DNA of 64,000 nucleotides from Azolla caroliniana. Its lineage: Eukaryota; Plantae; Polypodiophyta. Positions 1 to 12,900 of the stretch are shown here, one piece after another. The notes under the pieces are model-generated. The model was not told where the DNA came from and searched no databases. It saw nothing but the letters and a program-made list of their open reading frames with translations. The stretch's first letter is position 1; the number at the start of each line of letters is the position of its first letter. The stretch lies in the NCBI GenBank assembly GCA_043228905.1, contig JBHGNT010000012.1, forward strand, positions 8,184,001 to 8,248,000. The letters run 5' to 3'. The translations under genes were made by a program, and so were the position numbers.

Positions 1-470
1 AATTGAAGTGAATGATGGAGTCGATGATGTGTACAAAGGACTCAACGAGAACAAAGAAGCAAAGTGAAAGGAGTCAATGCAATCAAAAGACGACAATGCC
101 AATGTAGGAGTCGAAGTAACTAATGGCACACTTGAGAAGAAGAAGAAGAAGAAGAAGAAGAAGAAGAAAATGATGATTTTCAAACTCTTTCCAAGTAGAT
201 TTAGAGATGTTACCACCCCATAGAGAAGCACCGGTGTCACCAAAGTGTTGGAAAGGTATTTCTTGAGGACCCAACACTTAATATCTCCATGATTGCATGT
301 GTTCTCAAATGCATAATATGATCGCTTGTAAGAGAAAAGAAATACAAAGCTTTTGTCTATCTTGCTTCTTATCATCTCAAGCTTAAATATTCCTATTTAG
401 TCTAGTTGTGTTGTATGTTGTACACTAATATACAGGTCCTCAATAATCTTCCGCAATACTTTATTCAACA
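1..470 (+). repeat. 3' part of a Ty1/copia 5' LTR (start probably outside the window)
   Basis: Ends ...TTATTCAACA (470), immediately followed by a PBS. 330-470 closely matches the LTR at 58960-59107. Confidence 0.75.
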
Positions 471-472
471 TT

Positions 473-483
473 TGGTATCAGAG
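473..483 (+). promoter_or_regulatory. Primer-binding site (tRNA-iMet)
   Basis: TGGTATCAGAG 2 nt after the LTR end. Confidence 0.8.
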
Positions 484-1048
484 AGACATTGTTGTTCGGG
501 GCAACAAACAATGAAAAGTTGACAAAAGAAGCTAGCTGAAAGAAAAATACAAAACCAACAACATAGTCTGACACTAGTGTGGAAATCGGAAGTTTGACGG
601 AAAGAACTTCTCCTTGTGGAAGGAAATGATGCAAGGTTGTTGATAATCTGGCGACAAATAGAACCCATTCGACACAACATTAGACCCGATTCAATGTCAG
701 TCAAAGAATGGAGATTTTTGGACGAAATCTCCAGATCTATCATTCGAATGCGCTTGGCTGAAAACGTCTAGATTTTAGCATGGCGAAGGAGACATCAACA
801 TTCTCTTTGTGGGAGAAACTTCAAGCCTCATACAAGAAAAAGTCTTCCTATACATATTCGATAGTTATTCAATATGAAGATAAGAGAGACAGATGTGGTG
901 ACCCCCACAAAAACACCTTCATCTGGGTGTTGTCTGAGCTCTCCTCCCAAGGGATTTACTTCGAAGAAGAAGTTAAAGCCCTTGCCCTCCTTTTGAGCTT
1001 GCCGTTGAGTTGGGAAGTATTTTGCACGACATTCACCAACAACTACCC
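484..1048 (+). pseudogene. Degenerate copia gag (UBN2-like), truncated by the next LTR
   Basis: ORF 780-1073 LWEKLQASYKKKS...EEEVKALALLLSLPLSWE matches the copia gag LLxSLPxSW motif. Confidence 0.75.
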
Positions 1049-1591
1049 TGTAAAGATTATGCGTGGAAGCTAGAATAGAACATAACCGACTCAATGAGAT
1101 AGCAATAGAGAATACACAAAGAGTATGGAGATACACAAAATGTGTGTGTGTGAGAGAGAGAGAGAGAGGGAGGGAGAGAGACTAGTAAAACTTGAATTCA
1201 AAATAATATGCTCTATACATACAAATGTGCTCAAAGAGCACTTTTATACAATCCCTAACAACGGGCTGACACAAGTATTGTTAGTACTTTAATGCTCTCA
1301 TAAGAGCATCTGGCACTAACTCCTAAAGTTATTCTTGCTTGATGAAAATAGGAGCATGGGCCTCAAAAGGCCTATCGACTCCCCACTGATCTGGCTCCAC
1401 CGATCCAGGCCTAGCCGATCTATCTTCATCCGATCTGGCTCGTGGCTTACTCAGCCGATACAACCCATGTTGAGCTTGCTTCTCAACACTCCCCTTCAAG
1501 CTTAACTTGAGTTTCCTCCTACTTTGTCAGTTCCTCACCTCGGCTCCTCCTGCTAGCTTGTCTCTTGGCAAACACTCCTCGACCCATCCGA
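1049..1591 (-). mobile_element. Copia 3' LTR (1049-1488), PPT and 3' UTR; body resumes at 21054
   Basis: TG...TCTCAACA termini; reverse-complement PPT CTCCCCTTCAAG at 1489-1500; same architecture as the + strand relative at 22700-22970. Confidence 0.7.
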
Positions 1592-2773
1592 TGTTGTGAA
1601 GATTGCTGGCCTTAGCGAGAAAACCAGGAATAACGGGAACATCTACTGGGTGCGGCGTGGGCACCCACCCTTGTGTATACATGCAAAATAATAGGGGAAC
1701 CTTTATGGCGCCAAACAAGAGTTAATTCGGGACAGAGAATCCCATGTACAACGGGATTTATCCCACATTGTTACGCATTCCTCTCCTTGTTTTATAAAAG
1801 GAAGGGAGTGTCCCTTGTAAAAGGGTTCCTAATTTTGAGGTTCCATAGGTCCCCTTTAGCGGGTTCCATTTTTAGGTTTCTTCATAATAGAGTTTGTTTC
1901 CATTTTGTTCGTCTAGGGTTTTATCTTGTACACTAACCTTCGTGTTGTGAGGCTAGAGCTAGGTTCCCTCTCTTTTGTTTTGTCCGGTCTCTGTTCTCTG
2001 TTAGGGTTGTTGTCTCTACGTTGTTGCTGTTCGTGACGAGCCCGAGCGCTCAAAGACATCGGTCCTCAACTCTCCCTCCCTCCCTCCCCCCCCCCCCCCC
2101 TCTCTCTCTCTCTCTCTCGTGCAAGATCCCCACTCACGTAGGCGAGCCTGAGTGCTCCTCGACTAACGGTTTGGCGACAGAAGATTGTTGTTTCGGAAGA
2201 GGCATGCCTTGTACGAGACTCCAGTCTCGCTGGCGAGCCTGCACCCGTATAGCTCCCGACTGGTTCTGGGATGTAGGCGCCCTCTTTGTCTCTGTGGTGA
2301 AACCGGCTTAGCCGGCCTTGCAACGTACTATGTACATATAGATATCTATGTCTATATATATAAGGGTGTGTTTCGGGAGTTAGCTTAGGGGTCTCCGGTG
2401 CCTAAGTGCGGATGTGTGTGTTGGGTACTGGTTTGGTATGCCGGTTGTAATCGGTGTGTGTATATGTGTGTGTGCGTGTGCGCGGGCACGGTTAACCGGG
2501 TCGTGGCCTGTGCTTCTTTTCATGCCCTTGTACATACGGGTAGGAGGATTGCGTGGGTACGCGCGCATGCGCTCTCTTCCTCCGAGAGTCCAGGTCACTT
2601 CCGGAATGCATCCGGAACCGTTTGGGTCAGTCTTCCCCGAATAGCATCCGAAACCGATCCGGCCGGCAATGCGGTAGGCTCCGGAGGATTCGGCCTTCAG
2701 GAAACTCCCCTCCTAGTCCATGACCCCGGTGGTCCTGGCCGGATCCGACATGCAAGCGTGGGATTCCACGACA
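1592..2773 (+). repeat. LTR copy 1 (~1.18 kb)
   Basis: Aligns with 6627-7368 and with 7377-7907 + 20443-21053; contains a (CT)n tract. Confidence 0.85.
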
Positions 2774-2777
2774 TCTT

Positions 2778-2794
2778 TGGTGAACCCGACGTGA
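2778..2794 (+). promoter_or_regulatory. Primer-binding site complementary to the tRNA-Trp 3' end
   Basis: TGGTGAACCCGACGTGA is the reverse complement of the plant tRNA-Trp 3' end (TCACGTCGGGTTCACCA). Confidence 0.8.
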
Positions 2795-4122
2795 AAGGCG
2801 ACAAAGGAGGATGGAGTTGGAAGACGAAGAGTTCGAGAAGAAGAGGTGAGAAGCGGCGCATCGAGATGAGTGAGGTCAAAGAAGTCGACTGTTTCAACGA
2901 GGACAAAGTCCTACGAGTTCCACCGAAGACTCGACCGTCCGGCATAAAGAGGAGGAGCTTCGAGCATCTCACAGAGCGTGGCCACCCAGTCATGAAACAG
3001 AGGTGGCGTGCGATGACACGACATCACAGCAGGAAGGGGGCCTGCGGACCAGACGGACGTGGTCGAGGCGGAGGCCAATCGAGGTACGATGGTACCAGGT
3101 GGAAGAGGGTGTGGGACGAGCCGCCCTCTTTTACATGGGGAGAAAGACCGACCGAGCGAAGGTCGAAAATCGGGAAAAAGATAATCGAGGGTACGGAACG
3201 AGTCCAACGGGATCGGCATCGGAGCCAAAATGACGAACATAAGAGAATCAAGCCCAAGCGGGGCTTGATCGATCATAGGGCGGATGCTTTCCACCGACAG
3301 CACGAACAAGTCGGTGGCCTCGGACAAGTTGTTGGGAGTCATTTTCGAATCGGTATCCGGAGACTCCGGCCGTCGGGCATTGAGAGCCGACGTAAGACCG
3401 GAGAGAGGAGAGATGGCGGCGGGAGCGCAAGAAAAGGGGGCGACGACGAGTCTGAGAGAAGTACAAGGAGGCAGAGGAATGAAGACCGGTCCTATGGGTC
3501 ACCTCACACTAGGCTAGAGATTTCGGTGGTTAGCAGCGAGAGCCGATGTAAGACCAAGATACTGATGGTGGGGGCAGAAGAACATGATCCGATAATGCGG
3601 AGAGAAATCGGACGAGCCCGGATGAGAACCCAGGGGGGGGAGGGAGGGAGCAAACTTCCAGATAACCAATCCAGAAGGGAGGAGGAAGCAGGCCTACGAA
3701 GAGGCCAGGAAAACGGTACAACGCTACCACGGGAGAGGGTGTGGAGCATGCCACCCTCTCGACTTGCGGAGAAGGACGACCAGGGATAGGGTCGGGAAAG
3801 ACGAGATATTAGAGATATGATCTAATGTATCTGTATGATAAGGAGAAAAGAATGATAGAGAGATAGATAGAAACGAGAGAGATAAAGAAGGGTGCTGATC
3901 TACCCGACCACCCCCGAGCGAAGGGATCGAGACGGACTCGAGCCTCGATCGGCGTTCCATACCATCGTTGTGGCGTCGAGTCGTACCTGGTGCTGGCGCG
4001 CTCGCGACAAGAGTTGAACCACCACGAAACAAAGTCTCGACGTAGTCAAAAGATGATCAAATGAGGGTAGCTAGAACACTACGGTAAATTCTCACCACGA
4101 GATATTATATGGTCATGCCCGT

Positions 4123-4843
4123 TGTCGTAGTGTATTTTGTACACTACGTGAAAATAATATAAAATAACCGATTGAATAAATATGAAGAAAAAAGAAGAAA
4201 ATATCAAAATAAGCATTACATGCATAGGGTAAGATTCAAACCTTGCACCTCCATGTTAATAATGTAATTTCTTACCATTGCACTAGCATTTCATTAGTGT
4301 TAAAAAGTAGATGTTCCACATAGAAAGGTTAGTTCACCTAGGATAAACTTTAGTTAAAAGAAAACGCATGCTAAAAGAAAAAGCTACGCATGCACATCTA
4401 GCATGCATGAACGCTATAGTTGATAAAAAACGCTCAAGTTAGAAAAAGCATGATCACTTTAGATAAAGCATATAGTCTATCTATAGGAAAAGGATGGAGT
4501 CTATAGTTAGAGAAGAAAAAGCATGGATTGCTAAGACTCCCTCATCACTACATAAGGATGGGGAGAACAATGTAATGGGGGGGTGTGAAATACTTGGAAA
4601 TTGGATATATTTCCAAAAACAGCAACCAATTAATATAATCGTGGGATTCACGAAAATAATATAATCTATACTTGTGGGATTCACAAGTTTCTTATATCTT
4701 TCTTTCAATCGAAATACTGATTAATAAAATATATTATACTTGTGGGATTCGCAAGTTTATAATAATCTATTCATAATTAAAATCGCCTCAAATTCTTCCT
4801 CTTCCTAGTCCAAAACCCCAACGGTTCCCACCAGACTCACGCA
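4123..4843 (+). repeat. AT-rich LTR-like fragment inserted in the internal region
   Basis: Starts TGTCGT like the other Trp-PBS LTRs; end (CTTCCTAGTCCAAAACCCC) resembles the LTR end near 2705-2750; sharp composition change. Confidence 0.45.
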
Positions 4844-6626
4844 ATGATCCGGAGCCGAAAGGCACGACACTATAACATGAGAGGCCCGAGAAGGATCCTC
4901 CACACTGGACTAGAGACTTTGGCTATCGGCAACAGGAGCCGATGTGAGACCAAGAGACTGATGGTGGCAGCGCGACGGAACGAGGGCATTGGCTACGGAA
5001 GGCGAGTGGGGTCCTACGAGGGGACCGAAAGAGCAGAAAGGAGGTGTAAGGCCGACGAGGCGGCCACAAACCGGAACTGGACCCGATCGGCAAGGTCAGA
5101 AAGACGAAGATCGGATGCGCTTGGTGCGCGAGGCGATGGTTGAGACATATAGGAGGCCAGAGAAGGATCCTCACTGAGCTAGAGATTTCGTCGATCAGCA
5201 GCGGGAGCCAACGTAAGACCAAGAGATTGATGGTGGCGGCGAGGGGACGAAGGCGGTAGCAGTAGAGGCACTGAGCAACCAAGGCGTCGAGAGGGCAATG
5301 GAGGCTAGGCGGGCCGAAACGGGCGAGGGTAATCCTTCGCGGGTGGCAACGCGCGAAGCTACCGAGGACGCCCAACATACAACATAGAAGTGAGGATCCT
5401 ATGACGATCCTCACACCGATCCGGAGACTCCGGCGGTCAGCCCGGGAGCCGGCGTCAGACCTAGAGAGAAGGACGGTGGCGACAGGTGAACGAGATCTAG
5501 CAGAAGGGACGAAAAGGAGCGGAAGAAGGTATCAGGCCGGCGACGCGGCCACGAACCAGATACAGATTGGTAGGGTCAGAAGGATGAAGGAGGATGCGCG
5601 CGCGTAACACCGGTCGGTTACGAAGAAATTTTCGAAGCCGGAGAAGGATACTCCACCCTTGTACCGGAGACCCTTGGCATCTCAGTCGGGGTGGCGACGG
5701 CTGTCGTGGCAAGCATAAGCTAGAGGTGATAAGAAGGTGGGGGTGAGGGGACGAAGGCAACAACGGGTGACGACGCTGAACCCTACCAATGCAACGCGGA
5801 GATGACAGGCCATGCGGGCCAAAGGACAAGGGTGATCCTGCGCGGGTAGCTACCTGGAAAGCTAGCAAGGACACCCAAGCGGAGAACGGTGTGCCGAGTT
5901 GGAAAGGGCACACCTGGAAGCGAATCAGAAGGCGTGCGTGTGGGCAATGAGTGCCGAGGTACGAGCACGGGGAAAGACCGAAGATCGGCATAGGCGAGGC
6001 CGAGCGAAGGAGGATGGCTGACTGAGCCTTGTGCGAGGCAAAGTCAAAGGTTACACAACACACAGAGGTGCCGGGACGAGAATACTAGCGCAAAGACAAA
6101 TTGCTTGGGTTGGTAGCCTCGAAGAATATCGATGGTCCAAGAAGGATCCTTCACACCAGTTCCAGAGACCCCGACAGTTCGGCCGATGTGGCAATGTGAG
6201 ACCGAGGGAGATGGATGGTGGCGGCAAGGGGACAAGGGCAATGGCGAACAACGGCACCAGACAAGCAATCAAGGCATCACGGAGATTGACGGTGGCCAAG
6301 CGGGCTACTACGGGATGCTCCTCGAACGCGGAGGACTCCGGGTGTACAGGGAAGCGAGGGGCATGCATATGGTCGATTAAGGGCCATGGAATGAGCACAC
6401 GTACGAGAGGAGATTGGGGCGAATGACCTATCGACAGGTCGAATGAGCCTATAGAGAGGCAAGCGCGAAGAAGGGACCGGAGCTGACAGTTCGGAACCGG
6501 CGGAGGCCAACACGGCAACTGGGGTGCGGATTACGGAAAACCGGTTGCTCGCTACGGTTGGAATCTCTCACCCTTCTTCGGATTTGGCACATACTGGTGG
6601 ACGTGCGGTTTGGTGGGGCCAGAGGA

Positions 6627-7368
6627 TGTCGTGAAGATTCCCAGCCTTAGCAAGAAAACCAGAAATAATGGGAACATCGGCGGGGTGCGGCGTGGGCACC
6701 CACCCTTGTTTATGTATACGTGCAAAATAATAGGGCCACCTTTACGGCGCTGAACAAGAGTTAATGTGGGACAGAGAATCCCATGTACAATGGGATTTAT
6801 CCCACATTGTTACGCATCCCTCTCCTTGTTCTATAAAAGGAAGGGAGCGTACCTTGTAAAAGGGTTCCTCATTTTGAGGTTCCATAGGTTCCCTTTAGCA
6901 AGTTCCATTTTTGGGTTTCATCATAATACAGTTTATTTCCATTTTGTTCGTCTTGGGTTTTATCTTGTACACTAACCTTCGTGTTGTGAGGCTAGAGTTG
7001 GGTTCCCTCTCTTCAGTTCTGTTCGGTCTCTGTTCTTTGTTAGGGTTGTTGTTATCTCTACATTTTTGTTGTTCGTGATGAGCCCGAGCGCTCGAAGGCA
7101 TCAGTCCTCAGCTCTCTCTCTCTCTCTCTCTCTCTCCCTCTCGTGCAAGATCCCCACTCGCGTACACGAGCCCGAGTGCTCCCTGACTGGCGGATTGGCG
7201 GTAGAAGACTGTTGTTTCGGAAGAGGTGTGCCCTATACGAGATTCCAGTCTCGCTGGCGAGCCCATGAGCTCCCGACTGGTTCTAGGATGTAGGCGCCCT
7301 CTTTGTCTCTATGGTGAAACCGGCTTAGCGGGCATTGCAACATGCTATGTGCATACACATATCTATGT
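6627..7368 (+). repeat. LTR copy 2 (3'-truncated)
   Basis: TGTCGTGAAGATT start after the purine tract; homology to copy 1 stops at ...ATCTATGTC. Confidence 0.8.
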
Positions 7369-8014
7369 CCATCCGATGTCGTGAAGATTCCTGGCCTTAG
7401 CGAGAAACCTGGAATAACGGGAACATCGGCGGGGTGTGGCGTGGGCACCCACCCTTGTGTATAGGTGCGAAATAATAGGGGCACCTTTATGGCGCCGAAC
7501 ATGAGTTAATTCGGGACAGAGAATCCCATGTACAACGAGATTTATCCCACATGTTACGCATGCCTCTCCTTGTTCTATAAAAGGAAGGGAGCGTCCCTTG
7601 TAAAAGGGTTCCTCATTTTGAGGTGCCATAGGTCCCCTTTAGCGGGTTCCATTTTTGGGTTTCTTCATAATAGAGTTTGTTTCCATTTTGTTCGTCTAGG
7701 GTTTTATCTTGTACACTAAGCTTCGTGTTGGGAGGCTATAGTTGGGTTCTCTCTCTTCTGTTCTGTTCGGTCTCTGTTCTCTGTTAGGGTTGTTGTTGTC
7801 TCTACGTTGTTGCTGTTTGTGACGAGCCCGAGAGCTCGAAGGCATCGGTCCTCAGCTCTCTCTCTCTCTCCCTCTCGTGCAAGATTGCCACTCGCGTAAG
7901 CAAGACTTGACGGGAACTCAATGTTCCTTATGCGCAACGCTCGGCCACAACCGAGCTTAGAATGATACACAGAAAACGGGAAATAAAACACGACACAAAG
8001 AAGAAGAGAATACA

Positions 8015-8989
8015 CTTTTTTAAGATTGCTTAAAGTGTGCGGCACTTCATCGGGGGTTGTTTGGGGTGGACTCAAGTTTAGATCTTATTTGTATGTCTAA
8101 ACATAAGTAGTGATATAGTTTTAGAAGAATAGAAAAGTGAGGGCGTGGGTGGGGGTTAGGGGAGTGTAGCTTGTTGAAGTTATCAAAAGTATTTAAACCT
8201 AATCAAAGTTTTTAGAACATATTAAAGATCATTGGGATAACTTAAGTTATTAGACAACAATAAAGTACTATTAAAACACCAATATAGAGTATTATTAAAA
8301 CGGGACCACACGCTTAGATGAACGGGAGTTGTTTAAACACACGCTTAAGCAAACACTTAAAAGAAAGATTATTATAAAAAATAAAAATAAAAATAAAAAT
8401 AGAAAAGAGAGATTGAGATTAAAAAATGATTATGGTTAAGAAGGGATTATGATTAAGGGGGAAGGGGTTGCTAAACAAAGTACTTAAACGAATGTTTAAA
8501 CAAATATTTAGATAAGAAAACACTTGGGCAGACACTTAACGCAAGGTTATGATTAAAAGAGAAGGGAGGGATTATGGTTAAAGAAAAGGGGTCATGGTTG
8601 AGAAGAGAATGATTATGATTAAGAGAGGAGAATACTTAAACAAATGTTTAAACAAAAAGTTAAACCTAAAAATGATTGAACAAGTACTTAAAAAAAGGGG
8701 TTAAACAAGTATGTAATAAAAATGATTATTAAACAAGTACTTAATAGAAAATGATTAAATAAATACTTAAAAACTTAAGACAAAAAAATTTGATAAAAAA
8801 GTGATTAAACAAGTACTTAATAAAAATTTATTAAATAAGTACTTAAGAACTTAAGACAAAAAATTAGATAAGAGCAACACATAGAAGGAAAGAAAGTTTT
8901 ACTATCATAAGGCAACGATCGGCAAATGCATTTCGCCTCGATGGAGGCTCTTCAGTACCCGATGTACAAATGATGAAAACTAAGCCTAC
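8015..8989 (-). repeat. 3' pseudo-LTR of the PLE (975 bp)
   Basis: Near-identical to 18959-19932 (about 2 substitutions and a 1-bp indel seen); AT-rich with AAACAAGTACTTAA-type subrepeats; no TG..CA ends. Confidence 0.92.
8918..8963 (-). ncRNA. Minimal type I hammerhead ribozyme (3' pLTR)
   Basis: Minus strand ATCGGGTA-CTGAAGA-GCCTC catc GAGGC-GAA-ATGCAT-T-TGCCGAT: CUGANGA core, 5-bp stem II, GAAA, palindromic minimal stem III, UH site, stem I. Confidence 0.82.
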
Positions 8990-9125
8990 TAGGTTGCTCT
9001 TTTTATAGGGAGAGGGAGGAGAGTCCTATGTATGTGGGACATACAAAATTGTGTACAAAGGGAAGGTAAAAGAGTGTACACAAGACTTTAGGTGGGGGTT
9101 AAGAGGGGTGAGAGTACATACAACA

Positions 9126-9475
9126 TTAGGTGGGGGGAAAGGATGCGTGTACTAGGTGGTTTCTTAGTTTTTTACCATTTAGCCAACACGTGAGAGGGGG
9201 TGTAAGGGAACTGTATTGTGGTTGTCCTAGAAGGGGTTTAAGTTTGTTTCTCATGAGCTCTCCGATTTGGAGTTTTTTGATACATGGGGAGTATCGAAGC
9301 TTAAAAACAATGGGTGGAGGTTTTTTGTTGTTGGGTTGGTTAGAGAGTAGTTGGTTTCGTATGGAGTAGGGGATGGTCGAAAAACACTTGAGTAGGAACT
9401 TCGATGGGTAGCCCCTAGCTCTTAGGCGGTCGTAGAACTTTTTGCGTAGTTCCATGTAGCCATTTTCTGAGCTCT
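9126..9475 (-). CDS. PLE reverse transcriptase, C-terminal thumb region
   Basis: Removing the gypsy and one CCCGG gives in-frame GELKRYAIRESSENGYMELRKKFYDRLRARGYP...LRNHLVHASFPPT*. Confidence 0.88.
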
Positions 9476-9972
9476 CCCGGTGTCAGGAATAGTACTAAAA
9501 CAGAGATGGAATTAGTACTAAGAACAGCAGTACTATTAGTACTAAGAGGACGGGACTGCGTAAGATTCCCGAGAGAGGAAGTGAGAAGAGGAGAGAGAGA
9601 GAGATAGCGAGAATGAGAGAGAGAGAGAGATGATGACAACAACTATATATTATGTGAAAAGATAAGTACAAGCGGCTAAGAGGCTTAAGACTGGCGTTGA
9701 ACCAATTTGGTTCAAAACAATGCCTTGTGCCTCCTTTTATAGTGTTTTTAGGAATAATCCTGAAGCTTCTAGAATGTTCCAGAGAGATCTGGAATATACA
9801 TCAATTTTCTATGATAAAGTATAAATGAAAATAATATCCTACAAAATACAATTCATAATCTAATGGTAAGAGCTCGACCCATGTAGCATAAAGTCATGGG
9901 TTCGAGTCTTGCCATGACACTATCTCCCCCTTAAAGACGACGAGTGAGTCTTGCCATGACACTATCTCCCCC

Positions 9973-12900
9973 TTAAAGACGACGAGTGGAACGAGTCGGC
10001 GCTAATTGTGAACCGGGTTTGTCCGGATACTTTCGGTGGAAATCAGCAAGAAGATCTTGTGCATTGGCAACATTCTCGACGGGTTCCCAAGTACGTTCGC
10101 TCGGACTATAACCGAGCCAATCGACCAAGTAATAAAGTTTGTTGTGAACAAGTTTGGAATCGAGTATGGCAGCAACTTCATACTCCGGGCCTGCGTCCAA
10201 CTCCAGCGGGGGCGGCGGTGGTGTCACACGATCGGGAATGGTGTTTGCTTTATAAGGTTCAAGAAGAGAACAATGGAAAACCGGATGTATCTGAAGCTGC
10301 GGAGGGAGATCCAGGCGGAAGGTGACATCATTAATCTTCCCCGTAATACGGAAAGGACCGAGTCGTCGATAATCCAACTTGTCGCACGGTCGAGTAGTCT
10401 TGATGTGACGACGTAAGAGCCATACTCGATCTCCGATGGCAAAAGAGGAGGGAATCCGATGACGATCCGCATAAGTCTTCTGTGTGTGTTGAGCATGATG
10501 AAGGTGAGTAGAGAGATCCATCTGGATCTTGCGTAGCCTCTCCAAATGGTCCTCGGCACGAGGGTTGGTAGGTAGCTCCGGAGTGTCGATCACCGACCAG
10601 CGAGGATGGAAACCGGTATAAGCGAGAAATGGGGAGACCCGAGTCGAGGAGTGAATAGCATTATTATACGCAAACTCCGCAAAGTGGAGAATCTCGGCCC
10701 AATCGTCCTGTTGATAACTCAGGAAACACCGGAGATATTGCTCCAACGTTTGGTTTGTTCGTTCCGCCTGTCCGTCAGTTTGAGGATGGTAGCCGGAGGA
10801 GAGGTTGCAGGAGACCTTGAGCATCCTGAAGAGATGCTGCCAAAATTTGGAGACAAATTGCGGGCCTCGGTCACTGATAATACTGTCTGGTAGGCCATGA
10901 TGCCGAAATACCTCACGCATAACAAGAGCGGGAGTTTCCTCGCTAGTGATGGCTTTAGTACATGGCACAAAATGTGCCATCTTCGTATATCGATCGACGA
11001 CGGTTAGGATAGCATCGAACCCCTTCGAGACCGGCAGATCTGTGATAAAATCAAGACAAATAGACTGCCATGGCTTACTTGGAATTGGTAAAGGTTCCAA
11101 CAAGCCATATGGATGGTGTCGTGGCATCTTTGCTCGGCAGCAAGCATCACAGGTCCGAACGTAGTCGTCGACAAAACGGCGCATGTGGGGCCACCAAAAA
11201 GATCGCTGCACTAACTTCAACGTCTTGGTACTACCGAAATGTCCCGCCGTATGGGTGTCGTGACAATGTTGGACGATTTGAAGGCGACAGGAGCAATCGG
11301 GGACATATACGCGCTTTTTAAAGAATAACAAACCATCATGATATTCGAATTGTCGGTAGTCAATACCTGGTTGTTGAGACTGAGAACAGGATGCCCGAGA
11401 AGTATCAATGTGCGCCAGGATGTCTTGAGCAAAACTATCCGTCTTCAAGGTTGCACGTATGTCATCGGTAATCCATGAATCCATCGGGGTGTGAAAAATC
11501 CGCGTCGTGTGCAATCGTGTTGGTCCCAAGATTACTTGCTTTTGATTATCAAATGTTGCGTCACCAGGACGAGGTGCAAGATATGAACGCCGTGATAGTG
11601 CATCTGCTTTTCCTTGCTGCTTCCCCGGTCGATATGTGATTTCGAAGTTGAAACGCGTGAGGAATTGCGCCCACCGAGCTTGTCGTCGATTTAGTACGCG
11701 AGCGTTCTGAAAATAAGCAAGATTTTTATGATCGCTAAAGACAATGACCTGATGTGGAGAGCCCTCTAAGAAATGCCGCCATTGTACAAATGAATCCACG
11801 ATGGCTAATAACTCCTTGTCATGTATTTCGTAGTTGATTTCTGCGACATTGAATTTGCGCGAATGGAAAGCCACCGGATGCAACTCTTCTTTATCGCCTT
11901 GTTGAGAAAGGATGCTACCGAGGGCGAAATCTGATGCGTCGGCCTCCATGATGAATGGTTTGCTTGTATCCACATGAGCTAGAATCGGTGCTGATGTAAA
12001 GGCTTTCTTAAGATGCCGAAAAGCCATATCTGCTTCGATGGACCAAAGAAATGCTTGGCCCTTCTTCGTAAGTTGTGTGAGAGGTAAAATAATCTTGGAG
12101 TAATCCTGTATAAACTTACGGTAGAAGTTAGCAAAGCCTAGAAAACATTGTACATCTCGTACTGACCGTGGAATTTGCCACTCTAGTATAGTTTGGATTT
12201 TAGCTGGATCCATGGCGATGCCCTTTGAGGAGATGACGTAGCCTAGAAATTCCACTTGCTTGCAGTCAAAGCTACATTTCTCTAGCTTGGCATAAAGACC
12301 ATTCTCGCGGAGTCACTTTAGTACTAATAGTACATGAGAATCGTGCTCTTCCTGGGTCTTCGAATAAATCAACAAATCATCCAGATAAATGATCAAACAG
12401 ATATCCAAGAGGTCTCTGAATATATCATTTGCCATGTGTTGGAAGACTGCGGGTGCATTGGTTAGGCCAAACGGCATAACAGTATACTCGAAATGCCCAT
12501 ACCGCGTGCGAAAAGCGGTCTTCCACTCATCTCCCGATCGGATCCGCACGAGATTATACGCTCCTCGTAGGTCGATTTTAGTAAAAAACTTGGCACCATT
12601 AACTCGCTCTAAAAGACTTGATATAAGAGGAAGTGCATACCTATTCCGGATGGTGACTTTATTCAATCCGCGGTAATCAACGACAAGACAAAGTGAGCCA
12701 TCTTTCTTCTTGACAAAGAAGATGGGTGCACCGGCCGAAGATTTCGAATGACGGATGAACCCGCTTGCCAAGTTCTCCTCTATGTAGGCTCGAAGGACTT
12801 CTAACTCGGTGGGTGACAAGTTGTAAATTGGTCCCCATGGTGGCTCGGTTCCTGGTTGTAAATCGATGGGACAGTCATAGGGACGGTGATGAGGAAGGGT

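Larger units (their letters stand above)
1592..7368 (+). mobile_element. Non-autonomous (LARD-like) LTR retroelement with tRNA-Trp PBS
   Basis: 5' LTR 1592-2773 (TGTTGTG...CACGACA), PBS 2778-2794, internal region with no gag/pol motifs, purine tract before 6627, truncated 3' LTR 6627-7368. Confidence 0.75.

Noticed and set aside
2398-3789. 463-aa ORF
   Set aside because: It starts inside an LTR on a GTG, crosses the PBS and has no recognisable domain; it is likely a by-product of purine-rich, stop-poor sequence.
9855-9915. Functional tRNA genes at the tRNA-like LTR modules
   Set aside because: No complete cloverleaf or anticodon arm can be drawn; they are reported only as A/B-box-like modules.
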